DNA of 62,962 nt, the filler included, from Saprolegnia diclina VS20 (taxonomy: Eukaryota): the NCBI RefSeq assembly GCF_000281045.1. It is 5 parts of 5 records of this genome, joined end to end, with 100 filler letters (N's around TTAATTAATTAA, not from the genome) between each part and the next. Parts side by side here need not be neighbours in the genome. Positions count along the whole stretch, not along the records: positions 1 to 28,575 come from NW_008246218.1; 4 more parts are not named here. One strand, 5' to 3'. How positions within the stretch are numbered: the stretch's first letter is position 1; each line of letters starts with the position of its first letter. This document shows positions 1 to 12,512 of the stretch, piece by piece. Position numbers and translations under genes: made by a program. A model generated the notes under the pieces. It made no database searches, had not been told where the DNA came from, and saw nothing but the letters and a program-made list of their open reading frames with translations.

Positions 1-215
1 ACGTCGAGACGCAGCTGCGCACCACGTGGGCACACCTGATCGGACGACGTTGGACGTCGTGCCGAGAGCCAACAACGTCCACCAATGCTGCACGTGTACT
101 TATATCACTGCGCCTACTGTATATTTCGTTTGCGATGTTTCGAGTGCGACGGGCGGCAGATGGACGCGCGCAGGCGGCGGCGCAGAACGCTCGTGGCGAG
201 CACATGGCACGAGTC

Positions 216-1050
216 TCATGCATTGAAGACAATGTCCCGGACAAGGTCGAGGAAGGCTGGGAGGGTCACTGCCGCCGACGCGTCCTTGGCGCCGTCGAAT
301 GAGTCGCGCACCTTGAGGAGGATCACGACGCTCGTCTTGCGCGTCGCCTGCGCAACCTCGATCGCGCTGAGGAGCGCCGAGCACTTGACCTCGCCCGTCG
401 AGCCCGTATCGATCGAGAGAAAGAGGTCTTCGGCTTGGGCGAGGAGCGCTGTAGGATGCGCTCATGAGCGGCTATAACCCGTGCACAGGACCTACCGTCG
501 TAGTAGAGGCAGAGCTCCATGGCCTCCTTAAACTTGGAGTAGGTAACGCCCGGCGTCTTGGGCAGCGCCGACATGTTGATGAGGTGCGTGTTGAGGCGCG
601 GTGCGTGCGCCGGCGGGAGCTCCTGGTTGACGAGCTCGAGAACCCGCTGGAAGCCGCTAATGGAGACGTGCTCTTGGTCCTTCCCGAGGAGCGCTTGGTA
701 CGCCTGCACCATGTTGTCGTCGAACGCAGGGTTCGACAGCCCCGTCGACGCCGACACGTAATGCGCGCTCGTCTCGACGGCGCTGTAGTCGCCGCTCAGC
801 ATCTTGAAGCTACAGATGACGATGGTTCATGAATGTCACGCGGAAGCATACTGCTTGGCGAGGTAGACCAGCGGCTGCTCGGGTCGGTTCTCCAGGAGGA
901 GCGTGATGGCCTCCTCAAGGAGCAGCGTGGCCTGCGTCCGCTCTACGCCAGCATGAACTCCTCGCGGCCGAGCCTCAACGCACGGAGGTAGTCGTCGCTC
1001 GTCATCTTGAGCAGCTCGCGCGACGTGGTCGCGTTGCTGCCCGTGTTCAT
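216..1050 (-). CDS. TPGS1-like protein (tubulin polyglutamylase complex subunit 1; N-terminal RIIa/Dpy-30-type dimerisation helix), multi-exon
   Basis: Spliced reading gives MNTGSN...LLEEAITLLLENRPEQPLVYLAKHF..., resembling the TPGS1 docking/dimerisation motif. ATG at 1050, TGA at 216-218, short GT-AG introns; ORF 323..802 is an internal exon. Confidence 0.6.
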
Positions 1051-1373
1051 GCTGCCGAAAAAAAGATCCAAAAGCGCGTGTCTTTTAATCCCAGCTCGCG
1101 TTCTTTTAATACAACTCCGCTTTCTTCTACACTAGGGGGCTTCTTTCGGGTACGGTTTAAACGCTAGAGATGGACCAAGTATGTGGTCATGGCTGTCGGA
1201 GGTATCGGTAGGGATGCGCTTCGTTTGCTCTCCTTGCCCGCATCGCCCAACGTGGCTGCGCGCGAATAAAAGAAAATAGAATCCGTTCTTTTAATCTGGT
1301 ATCCGGGACGCCGGATAAGGACCGCGAACGATTGGTCGATTCAATCCAGCGTACGAGAGGAGGAGAGTGCAAG

Positions 1374-4300
1374 ATGGCCGAGGACGCAGCCCGTGGCCGG
1401 CAGTACGCCTACCAGAACAACTCGAGCCTCGTGCTCGAGTCGGACACGCGCCGGCGCCACAAGGATGAGCCCACGGGCGAGGTCGAGTCGCTGCGCGGGC
1501 GCATCAACTACCCCATGGGAAGCCTCGCCCGCCGGGCCGAAGCGCCCAAGATGCCCAAGAAGCGCAAGCAGGAGACCTCGGACTCGGGGCTCTCGGTGAA
1601 GAAGCTCTTCGTCGGTGGCCACAAGGATATCTTGAAGCGCACCGAAGAGTCCTTCAGCTACGTGCCCTCCAACGACGTGAGCCGCGCCGCGTACGAAGAG
1701 CTGCTCCAGATCATGACGCAGTACTTGGGCGACCAGCCGTCCGAGATCATGGCCGACGCGGCCGAAGAGGTCCTTCAGATTATCAAGAGCGAAGCGTACC
1801 GCGACGACGAGAAACACAGAGAGACGGCCAAGCTGCTGCAAGGCCTGCCTGCCCACGAGTTCAACCAGATTGTGGGCATGGCCAAGCGAATGCAGGACTT
1901 TCGCGTACAGACGGCCGAGACCACGGACGACGCGCCCAACGAAGACGACGACATGGACAAGGACATGGGCGTCGCCGTCGTCTTTGACGAGGAAGAAGAC
2001 GAGGCCTCGGACGTGGGCGAGATTCAGGACATGGACGACGACGACGACGTACGACACGCACCCTGCATCTCTGGTCACTCACCTGCACATTCTAGGATGA
2101 AGACATGGAGCGGGAAGGCATGCGCGTCAACCAAGCGATGGACGACGACGAAGACCGCGACGACGGCTTGAACGTTCACGACATTGATGCCTACTGGCTG
2201 CAGCGCCAGCTCGGCCAGTGGTACAAGGACGCCGAGATGAGCGACCGGCTCGCCGAAGAAGTGCTTCTTGTGCTGCGCGAAGCCGACCTGGGCGCGTGCG
2301 AGAACAAGCTCGTGCTGCTTCTCGACTATGACAAGTTTGAGTTTATCAAGCTGCTGTTGACGAACCGCGCCAAGGTGTTTTACTGCACGCGGCTCAAGCA
2401 GGCGCAGTCGGACGCCGAGCGCGACGCAATCGAAGCCGAGATGCACAACGACCCGGCCGGTCCCGGCATCTTGCACGCGCTGGCGGCGACGACGTCGGCG
2501 GAAGGCTGGATGCAGGCGCGGCTCGGCGCCATGGAGACGGAGACGCGCGCGGCCGCCAAGAACCTCAAGAAGATGGCGCTCGACGGCAGCGCGCCCGACG
2601 CCATCGACGCATCCGATGCGAGCGTCCGACCGCTGCACAATCTGGACGTCGAGTCGCTTGTCTTTGCCGAGGGCAGCCACTTTATGAGCAACAAGGACTG
2701 CGCGTTGCCCGAGGGCACGTGGCGCGCGCAGAAGAAGGGCTACGAGGAGTACCACGTGCCGGCGGTCAAGGCCAAGGTCGCGGCCGAAGAGGAGAAGAAG
2801 CGCAAGCTGATATCGTCGCTGCCGTCGTGGATGCGCGGCGCGTTTCCCAAGATGGAGTCGCTCAACCGCGTGCAGAGCAAGATGTACTCGGCGGCGTTCG
2901 AATCGGGCGAGAACCTCCTCCTCTGCGCGCCCACGGGCGCCGGCAAGACCAACGTGGCCATGCTCACCATCATGCACGAGGTCGGCAAGGCGCGGAACCC
3001 CGAGACGGGCGCGATCGACCTCAACTCGTTCAAGATCGTGTACGTGGCGCCCATGAAGGCGCTCGTGCAGGAGGTCGTCGACAACCTCACGCAGCGGCTC
3101 ACGGCCGCGTACGGCATCGAAGTGCGCGAACTCAGCGGCGACCAGAACCTCAGCCGCGAGCAGCTCTTCCGCACGCAGATCATCGTGACGACGCCCGAGA
3201 AGTGGGACATTATCACGCGCAAGTCGGGCGACGACCGCACGTACACGCAGCTGGTGCGGCTCATGATCATCGATGAGATCCACCTGCTGCATGACACTCG
3301 CGGCCCGGTGCTCGAGGCGCTCGTCGCGCGTACGATCCGCAACGTCGAGAGCACGCAGCAGATGGTGCGGCTCGTGGGCCTCTCGGCCACGCTGCCCAAC
3401 TACGAAGACGTGGCCACGTTCCTGCGCGTCAAGCCGGAGAAAGGGCTCTTCTACTTTGACTCGTCGTACCGCCCGGTGCCGCTGCAGCAGCAGTACATTG
3501 GCATCATGGAGAAGAAGGCGATGAAGCGCCACAAGATGATGAACGAGATCTGCTACGAGAAGGTCATGGAGCAGATGAAGCAGGACAACCAAGTGCTCAT
3601 CTTTTGCCACTCGCGCAAGGAGACGGTCGCGACCGCCAAGGCGCTGCGCGACATGTGCCTCGAGCACGACACGCTCTCCGACTTGCTGCCGCCCACCTCG
3701 GCGTCGTCCGAGGTAGTTTCTCCTTGTTTGCGTCGTTTTGGCTCATGACATGAGTAGATTCTCCAAACCGAAGCCGAAAAGAACGTGCACAGCGACGCAC
3801 TGAAGGAGATCCTCCCGTTCGGCTTTGGCGTGCACCACGCCGGCCTCAAGCGCGAAGACCGCTCGCTCGTCGAAGCGCTCTTTGGCGACGGCCACTGCCG
3901 CGTGCTCTGCTGTACGTCGACGCTGGCGTGGGGCGTCAACCTCCCGGCGCACACGGTCATCATCAAGGGCACGCAAATGTACTCGGCCGAAAAGTCCGAG
4001 TGGGTCGAGCTCAGCGCGCTTGACATCCTGCAGATGCTCGGCCGCGCCGGCCGTATCCAGTACGACACGCAGGGCGAAGGCATCATCTTGACGCAGCACG
4101 CGCAGCTCAAGTACTATCTGAGTCTCATGAACCAGCAGCTGCCCGTCGAGTCGCAGCTCCTGAGTCGTCTGGCGGACCAGCTCAACGCCGAGATCGTGCT
4201 TGGCACGGTGCAGAACCTCTCGCAGGCGGCCACGTGGCTCGGCTACTCGTACCTGTACGTGCGCATGCTGCGGGCGCCGACGCTGTACGGTATTCCCGTC

Positions 4301-7300
4301 GACGAGCTCGCATCGGACCCCGGACTTCTCCAGCGCCGTGTGGATCTGTGCCATGCGGCCGCCACGCTGCTCGCCAAGCACAACTTGATCAAGTACGAGC
4401 GCCGGACGGGTCACTTCCAGGTCACGTCGCTCGGCAAGGTCGCGTCGCACTACTACATTGCGCACGACTCGATCTCGACGTACAACGAGTACCTCAAGCC
4501 GCACATGTCGGACATTGAGCTCTTCCGGCTCTTTTCGCTCTCGCACGAGTTCAAGTACGTCATGGTGCGCTCGGAAGAGCGCCTCGAGCTCGAGAAGCTC
4601 CTCGAGCGCGTGCCGATCCCGGTCAAGGAGGCGCTGAACGTCAACGTGCGCAGCAGCAACAGCGGCAGCGCCAAGGTCAACGTGCTCTTGCAGGCGTACA
4701 TCTCGCGCCTCTCGCTCAACGGCTTTGCGCTCCTCGCCGACATGGTGCACATTCGCCAGTCGGCCGCGCGTATCTGGCGCGCGCTCTTTGAGATTTGCTT
4801 GCACCGCGGGTGGGCGGCGATGGCCGAGAAGGTGCTCACGATCTGCAAGATGGTCGACCACCGCATGTGGCTCAGCCACACGCCATTGCGCCAGTTCCCG
4901 TCGCTCTCGGACGCCATCTGCCGCAAGCTCGAGAAGAAGGACATCCCGTGGGAACGCTACTTTGACTTGTCGCCGGCCGACATTGGCCAGCTCGTCAACA
5001 TGCCCAAGCTCGGGAAGGAACTCTACACGCTCGTGCACAAGTTCCCGAAGCTCGAGCTCAGCGCCGCGGTCCAGCCCATCACGCGGTCGCTGCTCAAGGT
5101 CGAGCTCAGCGTGACGCCCGATTTCGAGATGGAAGCCAACAACGAGGGGTTCTGGGTGCTCGTCACGGACGTGGACGGCGAGGCCATCGTGCACTACGAG
5201 TGGCTCCTCCTCCAGCGCCGGTACGGCCAGGAAGAAGCCTACCTCAGCTTTACGATCCCGCTGTTTGAGCCCCTTGCGCCGCTCTACTACCTGCGCGTCC
5301 TCAGCGACAAGTGGCTGCACTGCGAACACACGCTGCCGATTTCGTTTCAGGATTTGATCCTCCCGACCAAGAACGCGCCGCCGACGGAGCTGCTCGACTT
5401 GCAGCCGCTCGCCGTCACGAACGTGCTCGCAAAAGCCTGCGTGGCTGCTGGCCTCAAGGACGCGTCGCTCGTGGCCAAGCTCAAGGCGGGCCTCGAGGCC
5501 GGCCCGGACGGCTGGCACTTTACCAAGCTCAACCCGATCCAGACCCAAGTGCTGCCCAAGGTGCTCGAGAGCAACCACAACGTGCTCGTGTGCGCGCCGC
5601 CAGGCAGCGGCAAGGGCGTCGTGGCCGACGCGGCGCTTCTCCGCCTCTGCCTCCAGTCGTTTGACGACCTCGCGAGCGTCTTTTGCGTCTTTGTGACGCC
5701 CAAGCCCAGCCGCGCGCGCCAGCAGCTGGCCGACTGGACGACCAAGTTTGGTGAAAAGAGCCTCTGGGAGCTCAGCGTCGTGGCGCTCACGGGCGATGCG
5801 ACCGCGGACCTCAAGCTTCTCCAGGCCAACGTTGTGATTGCGACGCCCGAGCAGTGGGACGTGCTGAGCCGTCGGTGGCGCAAGCGCCCGCGCATTCAAC
5901 AAGTGTCGCTCTTCATCGCGGAAGACCTCCAGTTCCTCGGCGGCGGCGAGTACGGCCCGACGATGGAGATCATTCTCTCGCGCATGCGCTTCATTGGGAG
6001 CCAAGTGGAGGACCATTCGATTCGCATAGTGGGTCTCGCCAACCCGATGGCCAACGCGCGGGACCTCGGCGACTGGCTCGGCGCCACGAACGAGCACTGC
6101 TTCACGTTCCACCCGAACAACCGGCCGCTGCCGCTCGAGGTGCGCGTGCAGGGCTTTGAGATCAACCATTTCGCGTCGCGCATGCTGGCGATGGCCAAGC
6201 CCGTTTTCAACACGATCGCGCACCAGGCGGACGGGAAGCCCACGATCGTCTTTAGCCCCTCGAGCAAGCAGGCGCAGCTCAGCGCGATCGATCTCATCAC
6301 GTTTGCGCTGGCGGAGAACGACCCGAAGCGCTTCCTCCGTCGCGACGACGTCGAGTTGGAGCTGCCGTCTTCGGACGACGCGCTCCTCGAGACGCTCAAG
6401 GCCGGCGTCGGGTACATCTCCGAGGCGATGCGCCCGTCCAACCGCGAGTACGTGCTGCACCTCTTCCGCAACGGCGTGCTCCAGGTGCTGCTCGTGCCGC
6501 ACGCGCTGTGCTGGGACCTCGCCCACGTGCACGCGTACCTGGTCGTCATCATGGGCACGCAGTCGTACGACGGCAAGGAACACCGGTACGTCGACTACCC
6601 GCTCGCCGACGTGCACCGCATGACGTGGTTTGCGAACCGGCCGCTCGAAGACCACAACGCCAAGTGCACAGTGTTTTGCCACTCGTCCAAGAAGCGGTTC
6701 TACACCAAGACGCTTTACGACCCGCTGCCGGTCGAGTCGCAGCTCGAGTACTTTTTGAGCGACCACGTGAACGCTGAAGTCGTCACCAAGACGATCGAGA
6801 GCAAGCAAGATGCGGTCGACTACCTCACGTGGACGTTCCTGTACCGGCGTTTGCTCAAGAACCCCAACTACTACCAGATGCACGGCAGCACCAACGTGCA
6901 CCTCTCGGACCACCTCTCGGACATGGTCGAGCGCACGGTCAATGGCCTCGCCGAGTCGCGCTGCATTGCGGTCGCCAACGAGCTCGACCTCTCGCCGCTC
7001 AACCTCGGTATGGTGGCTGCGTTCTACTACATTCGCTACACAACGATCGAGCTCTTTGCGTGCAGCGTCACGGCCAGCTCCAAGCTCAAGGCGCTGCTGG
7101 ACATCCTCGCGTCGGCGTCCGAGTTTGACGCGATCGCCGTCCGGTACGGCGAAGACCGCGTCCTCGAGAAGCTCGCCAAGCACCTCGTGTGGCCCGTCGC
7201 GCCGCCGTACACGGCCATCCACGTCAAGGTGCACATTTTGCTGCAGATGCACTTTAGCCAGCAGCACCACCGCCTCTCGCCGTACCTCAAGGCAGATCTG

Positions 7301-8065
7301 GACTTGATTTTGTCGGCGTGCGTCCGCCTCTTGCACGCGATGGTGGACGTCATCTCGTCCAACGGGTGGCTCAAGCCGGCGCTTGCGACCATGGATCTGT
7401 GCCAGATGATCGTGCAGGGCCTCGAGCACAAGGCGTCGCCGCTCCTGCAGATCCCGCACGTGACCCAAGACGTGGTCGAGGCCATCAAGGACCACAACGC
7501 CGAGACGGACGACGACGACGCGGTCGTCGAGACGCCGCTCGACATTCTCAGCGTCGACGACAGCGTCCGAGCCAAGCTGCTTCCGTTCTCGACGTCCAAG
7601 ATGGCGCAGGTCGCTGCCTTCTGCAATGCGTACCCGGACGTGGCTCTGGAGAGCGAGATTGAGGACCCGACCGAGATTACGACCGGCGACGCGATCACCG
7701 TCAACGTGTCGCTGACGCGCGAAGGTGCCGACGACGACGAGGACGGCGACCAAGACCAAGACGCGACCGTCGGGCAGGTCCAGGCGCAGTTTTACCCCGG
7801 CCAAAAGGTGGAAAACTGGTGGGTTGTGGTCGGCGACCCGGCGACCAACGCGCTCGTGAGCATCAAGCGCATCCCGCTGCAGCAAAAGGCGGCGATGCGC
7901 GTCGAGTTTGCGGCGCCGACGACGCCCGGCACGTACAAGTACACGCTGTACGTCATTTGCGACTCGTACCTCGGCTGCGACCTCGAGAACCAACTCGAGT
8001 TTACGGTCGCCCAGGGCCGCGACACGTCCGGCGACGACGACGACGACGAGTCGGCCGAGGAGTAA
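1374..8065 (+). CDS. BRR2: U5 snRNP 200-kDa Ski2-like RNA helicase (two helicase/Sec63 cassettes)
   Basis: N-terminal NSSLVL/EPTGEVESL, PWI-like DIDAYWLQR, motifs APTGAGKT, DEIH, SATLPN and QMLGRAGR, a degenerate second cassette (PPGSGKG, EDLQ) and C-terminal CDSYLGCD. Introns 2049-2095 and 3713-3757 join ORFs 1332, 2105 and 3785 in frame. Confidence 0.97.
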
Positions 8066-8376
8066 GCCTTTGGTATATACTAATACATAATGATTCTTGG
8101 TGACTTGTGTGCTTGAGAGGAGGCAGATATGTCCTAAGCAGCGAGACGCTTGCCAAGTTTAGAGATCAACGATTCGAGAAACAAAGTCGGAGCCTGACGA
8201 AGACCTTGTGTATTTTTCACGCATTTACCACGCTACAGGGACGCGTTTCCCACCTTCCTCACCTGGGACCAACCAAAGGGCTGAGCTCGACACGGGCTGG
8301 GTATTTGCTTTCCCACTGCCGATACGACGCACAGCCAGGGATCGCCGGCAATGATCAATGCCAACTCGAATGGACT

Positions 8377-8827
8377 TTTTGATTGGCCAATACAAGGAAT
8401 ATTGTTAGCCAATCAGAAACAGCCACCGACGGCGCCCGGTTCCGCGCCGAGAAGCGCGAGCGACCAAAACTGCGTCTCGAAATGAAATCGCTCATACTTG
8501 GCGAATGGATTTAGCAGTATGTAGAGTCCCCAGAACGCCGAGTCTCGCGGTCGTGCGATGTCTGAAGAAGGAGAAACGTGAGGAGCAAGATCGTGCCCAT
8601 GTGCCCGTTGTTGGCCCATTTCTCCCGCTGTAGACATCGCACGACCGCGAGACTCGGCGTTCTGGGGTCTCTACAGACTGCTAAATCCATTCGCCAAGTA
8701 TGAGCGATTTCATTTCGAGGCGCAATTTTGGTCGCTCGCGCTTCTCGGCTCGTTGCCGGGCGCATGCGCCGTCGGTAGTAGCTGTTTCTGATTGGCTAAC
8801 AATATTCGTTGTATTGGCCAATCAAAA
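8377..8827. repeat. Long imperfect inverted repeat / foldback (MITE-like) element
   Basis: 8377-8563 is the reverse complement of 8632-8827 with a few substitutions and two small indels, around a spacer of about 68 nt. No ORF support and no clear TSD. Confidence 0.9.
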
Positions 8828-9044
8828 GGATTCAATAAAAGTGAATGTAGGCTTGCCGCACCTCGCTTTGTGCCCATATCGATCATCTGATTCATGGAGG
8901 CCAACAAGATAATATGAATCACGCTGGATGACGCCACGTGCAACCCTCTCCATTATGTACCAGGGCGATTCAGGTCTCTCTAATCTAGATCATATATTAT
9001 TTTAGATGAATTATATTTATTAGCACAGTCTCGAACCACAAGAA

Positions 9045-9115
9045 GCGCTATTGGTTTAGTGGTAAAATATCTCGTTGCCATCGAGATGCCCCGGGTTCGA
9101 TTCCCGGATGGCGCA
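9045..9115 (+). tRNA. tRNA-Gly(GCC)
   Basis: Acceptor stem GCGCTAT/ATGGCGC, D-loop with AGTGGTA, anticodon arm TCTCG-TTGCCAT-CGAGA, T-arm CCGGG-TTCGATT-CCCGG, followed by a T-run. Confidence 0.97.
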
Positions 9116-9117
9116 TA

Positions 9118-9123
9118 TTTTTT
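9118..9123 (+). terminator. Pol III oligo-T terminator of tRNA-Gly
   Basis: TTTTTT begins 3 nt after the tRNA discriminator base. Confidence 0.75.
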
Positions 9124-9826
9124 CGTACAATTGCATGTTGAGTTCGGCCTCTGAATTACTCTGTTGCACGACCGGTTCCACCGTGCTTGTTCGATGACAA
9201 ATTGGTACAAGAAAAGCTTGTGTCTTATTTGGTGTCTCTATTGCGAATGCAAACGAGCGATGGTTGGTCGCGGCTCTGTTTATCACAGGTGATAAATGTG
9301 TGTTGAAGTGTGACACGGTCTCTTATGGATTGAGCACAAAACACACACGTGGTAAATGCGTGAAAAACACCCCGCTGTGACGTGGCACGCGGAGAAGGCA
9401 GTTTCCCTCAATGTCTGTGCTCGCGCAAAAACGATACTCCGGGCCTTTACAAGTCAGCAGTAGGAGGTGAAATATATTTTTCCTTTCAAGGGCTTTGGTT
9501 GCACAGCCCCGCGTCGTACAGCATGGTGGTCGTCCTGTCGGCTACGAACGGTGAAACTCGTGTGGCTGACGTTCTCCTTCTCGGTCTTGGCTGGACGACC
9601 AAGGTTAATGCAAGAAGGTACCTTCTATAGAGCGACCCTAGCGTCCCATTCAGCGTCCACCACTCTGTTCAAATACTGAGATCAAGATGTTATGCTTGTG
9701 TATCCACTGGGCCCTTGATCTCGGCGACGTCGCGAGTAGAGCGGACGCGCAGCGCCGATATACTGTGATCTGGTTCGCTATCAGCGCCACTGGTAAAATG
9801 CAACTAGATGTTGCCAGAAGCTGTTG

Positions 9827-9870
9827 CTAGGGCGACCAATTGCTCATGACGGAGCAATTGGTCGCCCTAG
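9827..9870. repeat. Perfect 19-bp inverted repeat with 6-nt loop
   Basis: CTAGGGCGACCAATTGCTC-ATGACG-GAGCAATTGGTCGCCCTAG. Confidence 0.9.
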
Positions 9871-9979
9871 GCATGTTCCATCTACACACTATTCTCGTTC
9901 GTCTCGGACACTATTGGACTGCACCGTTGCCTCGAAATAGTCTATGACACGAAGTTTGAACGTAACTTCGAAAGCAGCG

Positions 9980-12405
9980 ATGGCCGACCCAAGCCACTCG
10001 GACAGCGGCGACTCGTCGTATGGCGAGTACGCACTGCATGACGCGGTCGAGCGCGGTGACCTGGACGCGGTGCAGACGGCTCTGGATGACGACGACGAGG
10101 CCTTCTTCACGGCGCTGCGCGAACCCGATGACATGGGCAACACGCCGTTGCACACGGCCGTCTTGCACCCGACCGACGCGATGCTTGCGTTCCTCTGGGG
10201 CTTTGGCCACGACAAGCTCTCGGTCGACTCGCTCTGCAACGGTGTCCCGCTTCTGCACTTGTGCCTGCGCATGGCGGCCTTTCCCGAGCACCGCGAGCGC
10301 ATGCTCGCCTTTTTGCGCACGCTCGTGGCCGACGCCGCCTTCATGGCCGACCACCGACTCCTCGAGAAGGACGACATGGGCAACACGGTCTTCCATCTCG
10401 CCGCCGCCGTGGATCTGCCGGCCGCGATCGATCTCTTCCACGGCGCCTTCAGCGAGCCCGACGTGCCACTGACAGTGCTCCTCGAGACCAAGAACCGCGC
10501 CGGCAACCGTGTTCTGCACGTCGCTGCCAAGTATAAGAGCGCGCAGGCCGCAGTGTGTCTCGTCGAGCTGGGTGCCGACATCTTTGCGACCAACTCGTAC
10601 GGCCAAGCGCCCTTGCATCTGGCCGCGGCGCTTCAGGACGAAGCGACGCTGATGGCGCTGTCCGCCGACTGGAAGAGTCTCTCGTGCAAGGACGGTCTTG
10701 GGCGGTCCCCACTCGATATCGTCTCTGGCATCTCGACGCCGGCGCTGCCGATCTCGACGTTCCTCTTCCACCCGGACGCGATGGAGCACTTGCCGCTCGC
10801 CGGGCACATTCGGGGCGGAACCGAGCCGCCGCCGGAAAACTACGAGCGCATGAAGACGCTTGTGACGCCGGGCCTCGGCATCCTCCGCACGGCGCCGTTC
10901 GCCGCGGTGCATTGGGCGCACGACATTCCAGTCGCCGACGCCGCCGACGTCCTCCGCGTCCACGAGGTGGCGTACATTGAGAAGCTCAAGACCATGTGCG
11001 CTCGCATTCCGCACCACACCAAGCTCGTACCCTTTTCTCTTCTTTCGTCGCTGGTTTCTTACTCTGGTTCGTAGACCAAGGCGCAGATGGACGAGTACGC
11101 CCAGTACTGCATTGACCCTGACACGGCCTTGTCGCAGCAGTCGTACTTGGCCGCGACCCGGGCTGCCGGCGTCGTGTGCGCGGCCGTCGACAAGGTCGTC
11201 CGCGGTGAGACGCGCAATGCGTTTTGCGTCGTCCGGCCGCCGGGGCACCACGCGGGGCCCGTCGGGAAGGTCGTGTGCCCGCACGACCCGGTGGGCAGCC
11301 AGGGCTTTTGCCTCTTGAACAACGTCGTCATTGGCGCGGCGTATGCGCGCAGCCACTTCAAGCACCAAGGCATCCACAAGATTGCGATTCTCGACTTTGA
11401 CGTGCACCACGGCAACGGCTCGGAAGAGTGTCTCAAGCAGCTCAAGCCGCGCACCAAGACCTTCCCGCTCGAGACGCCGTACGGCAGTAGCTCGCAGACG
11501 GTCCACATGTACAAGCCGTGGCGCAACGAGGACGATGCCGACAATGTGTTCTTTTGCTCCGTGCACGGCTACGGCAAGAAGGACCCAAAGCTGGAGCTCG
11601 ACGCGTCGTTCAACAAGGCGTGGTTTTATCCGGGCTCGGGCGCGACGAACGTGCCCGACTGCGAGCACGACCACGGCGAGCCGCCCGAGGAGGACGAGGC
11701 CGACTACCCGCTGCTCTGGAACATTGGTCTGCCGTACCAGAAGGGCCACCAGGCGCGACAGGAGTGGCGGCGCGTCTTCCGCACCAAAGTGCTACCCCAC
11801 GTTATGGCGTTCAAACCCGACTTGATCTTTCTCTCGGCCGGTTTTGACGGCCACAAGGCCGAGCTCGTCAACTGGGGCTACCTCGGCCTCCTCGAGCACG
11901 ACTACGAGTGGCTCACGCAGTCGGTCGTCAAGGTCGCCAACGCGGTTTGCGGCGGCCGCGTCGTCTCGGTGCTTGAAGGCGGCTACAACTTTCACGGCCG
12001 CATCGCCTCGTCCTTTGCCCGCAGGTAGCCACTCCGCGTTCATTGTAGATTTGATACATTGAAACGTAGTGTCGCAGCCCACGCCCGCGCGCTCGTGGCC
12101 GGCGCAGAGTCGGACGAGCCGTGGTCGGACGCGGCCATGGCGCACGAGATGCACTGCGAAGACACGTTGATTCTCGAGGCGGCGCAAAAGAAGGCCCGAG
12201 GTAGAACTTGCATCATTCACTGTATTTTCCACTGGAATAATCTTGTGTAGCGGCCTTCCGCAAGTCGCTGGACGTCAAGCCGCCAAGTGATGAGGCCGCC
12301 GCAGGCGAAGCGACCGCGGTACCCGTGCGCGCGACGAAGCGGGCGCGCAAGGACGTTGATTACGTGGCACTCGCTGCGCAGCTGGCGTCCGAAAAGACGT
12401 CGTAG
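9980..12405 (+). CDS. Ankyrin-repeat / class II histone deacetylase fusion protein
   Basis: Ankyrin motifs (GNTPLHTA, GNTVFHLA, GNRVLHVA, GQAPLHLA) are followed by HDAC motifs PPENYERM, RPPGHHA, GFC, DFDVHHGNG, SAGFDG and LEGGY. Introns at 11027-11074, about 12025-12069 and about 12201-12250; stop at 12403-12405. Confidence 0.9.
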
Positions 12406-12512
12406 TAGTACTTACGTCGTGATTGTAACCCTACACCCGACTAAAGTGTCCACAGCAATCGAAATTACACGTGGCGAAAATGTCAAAATTTGAATATCAA
12501 AATATCAAGTGA

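Noticed and set aside
3743..7993. 1416-aa antisense ORF over BRR2, and similar ones over the HDAC and S28 genes
   Set aside because: These are shadows of strong GC3 codon bias, with R/L/V/A-rich composition and no domain motifs.
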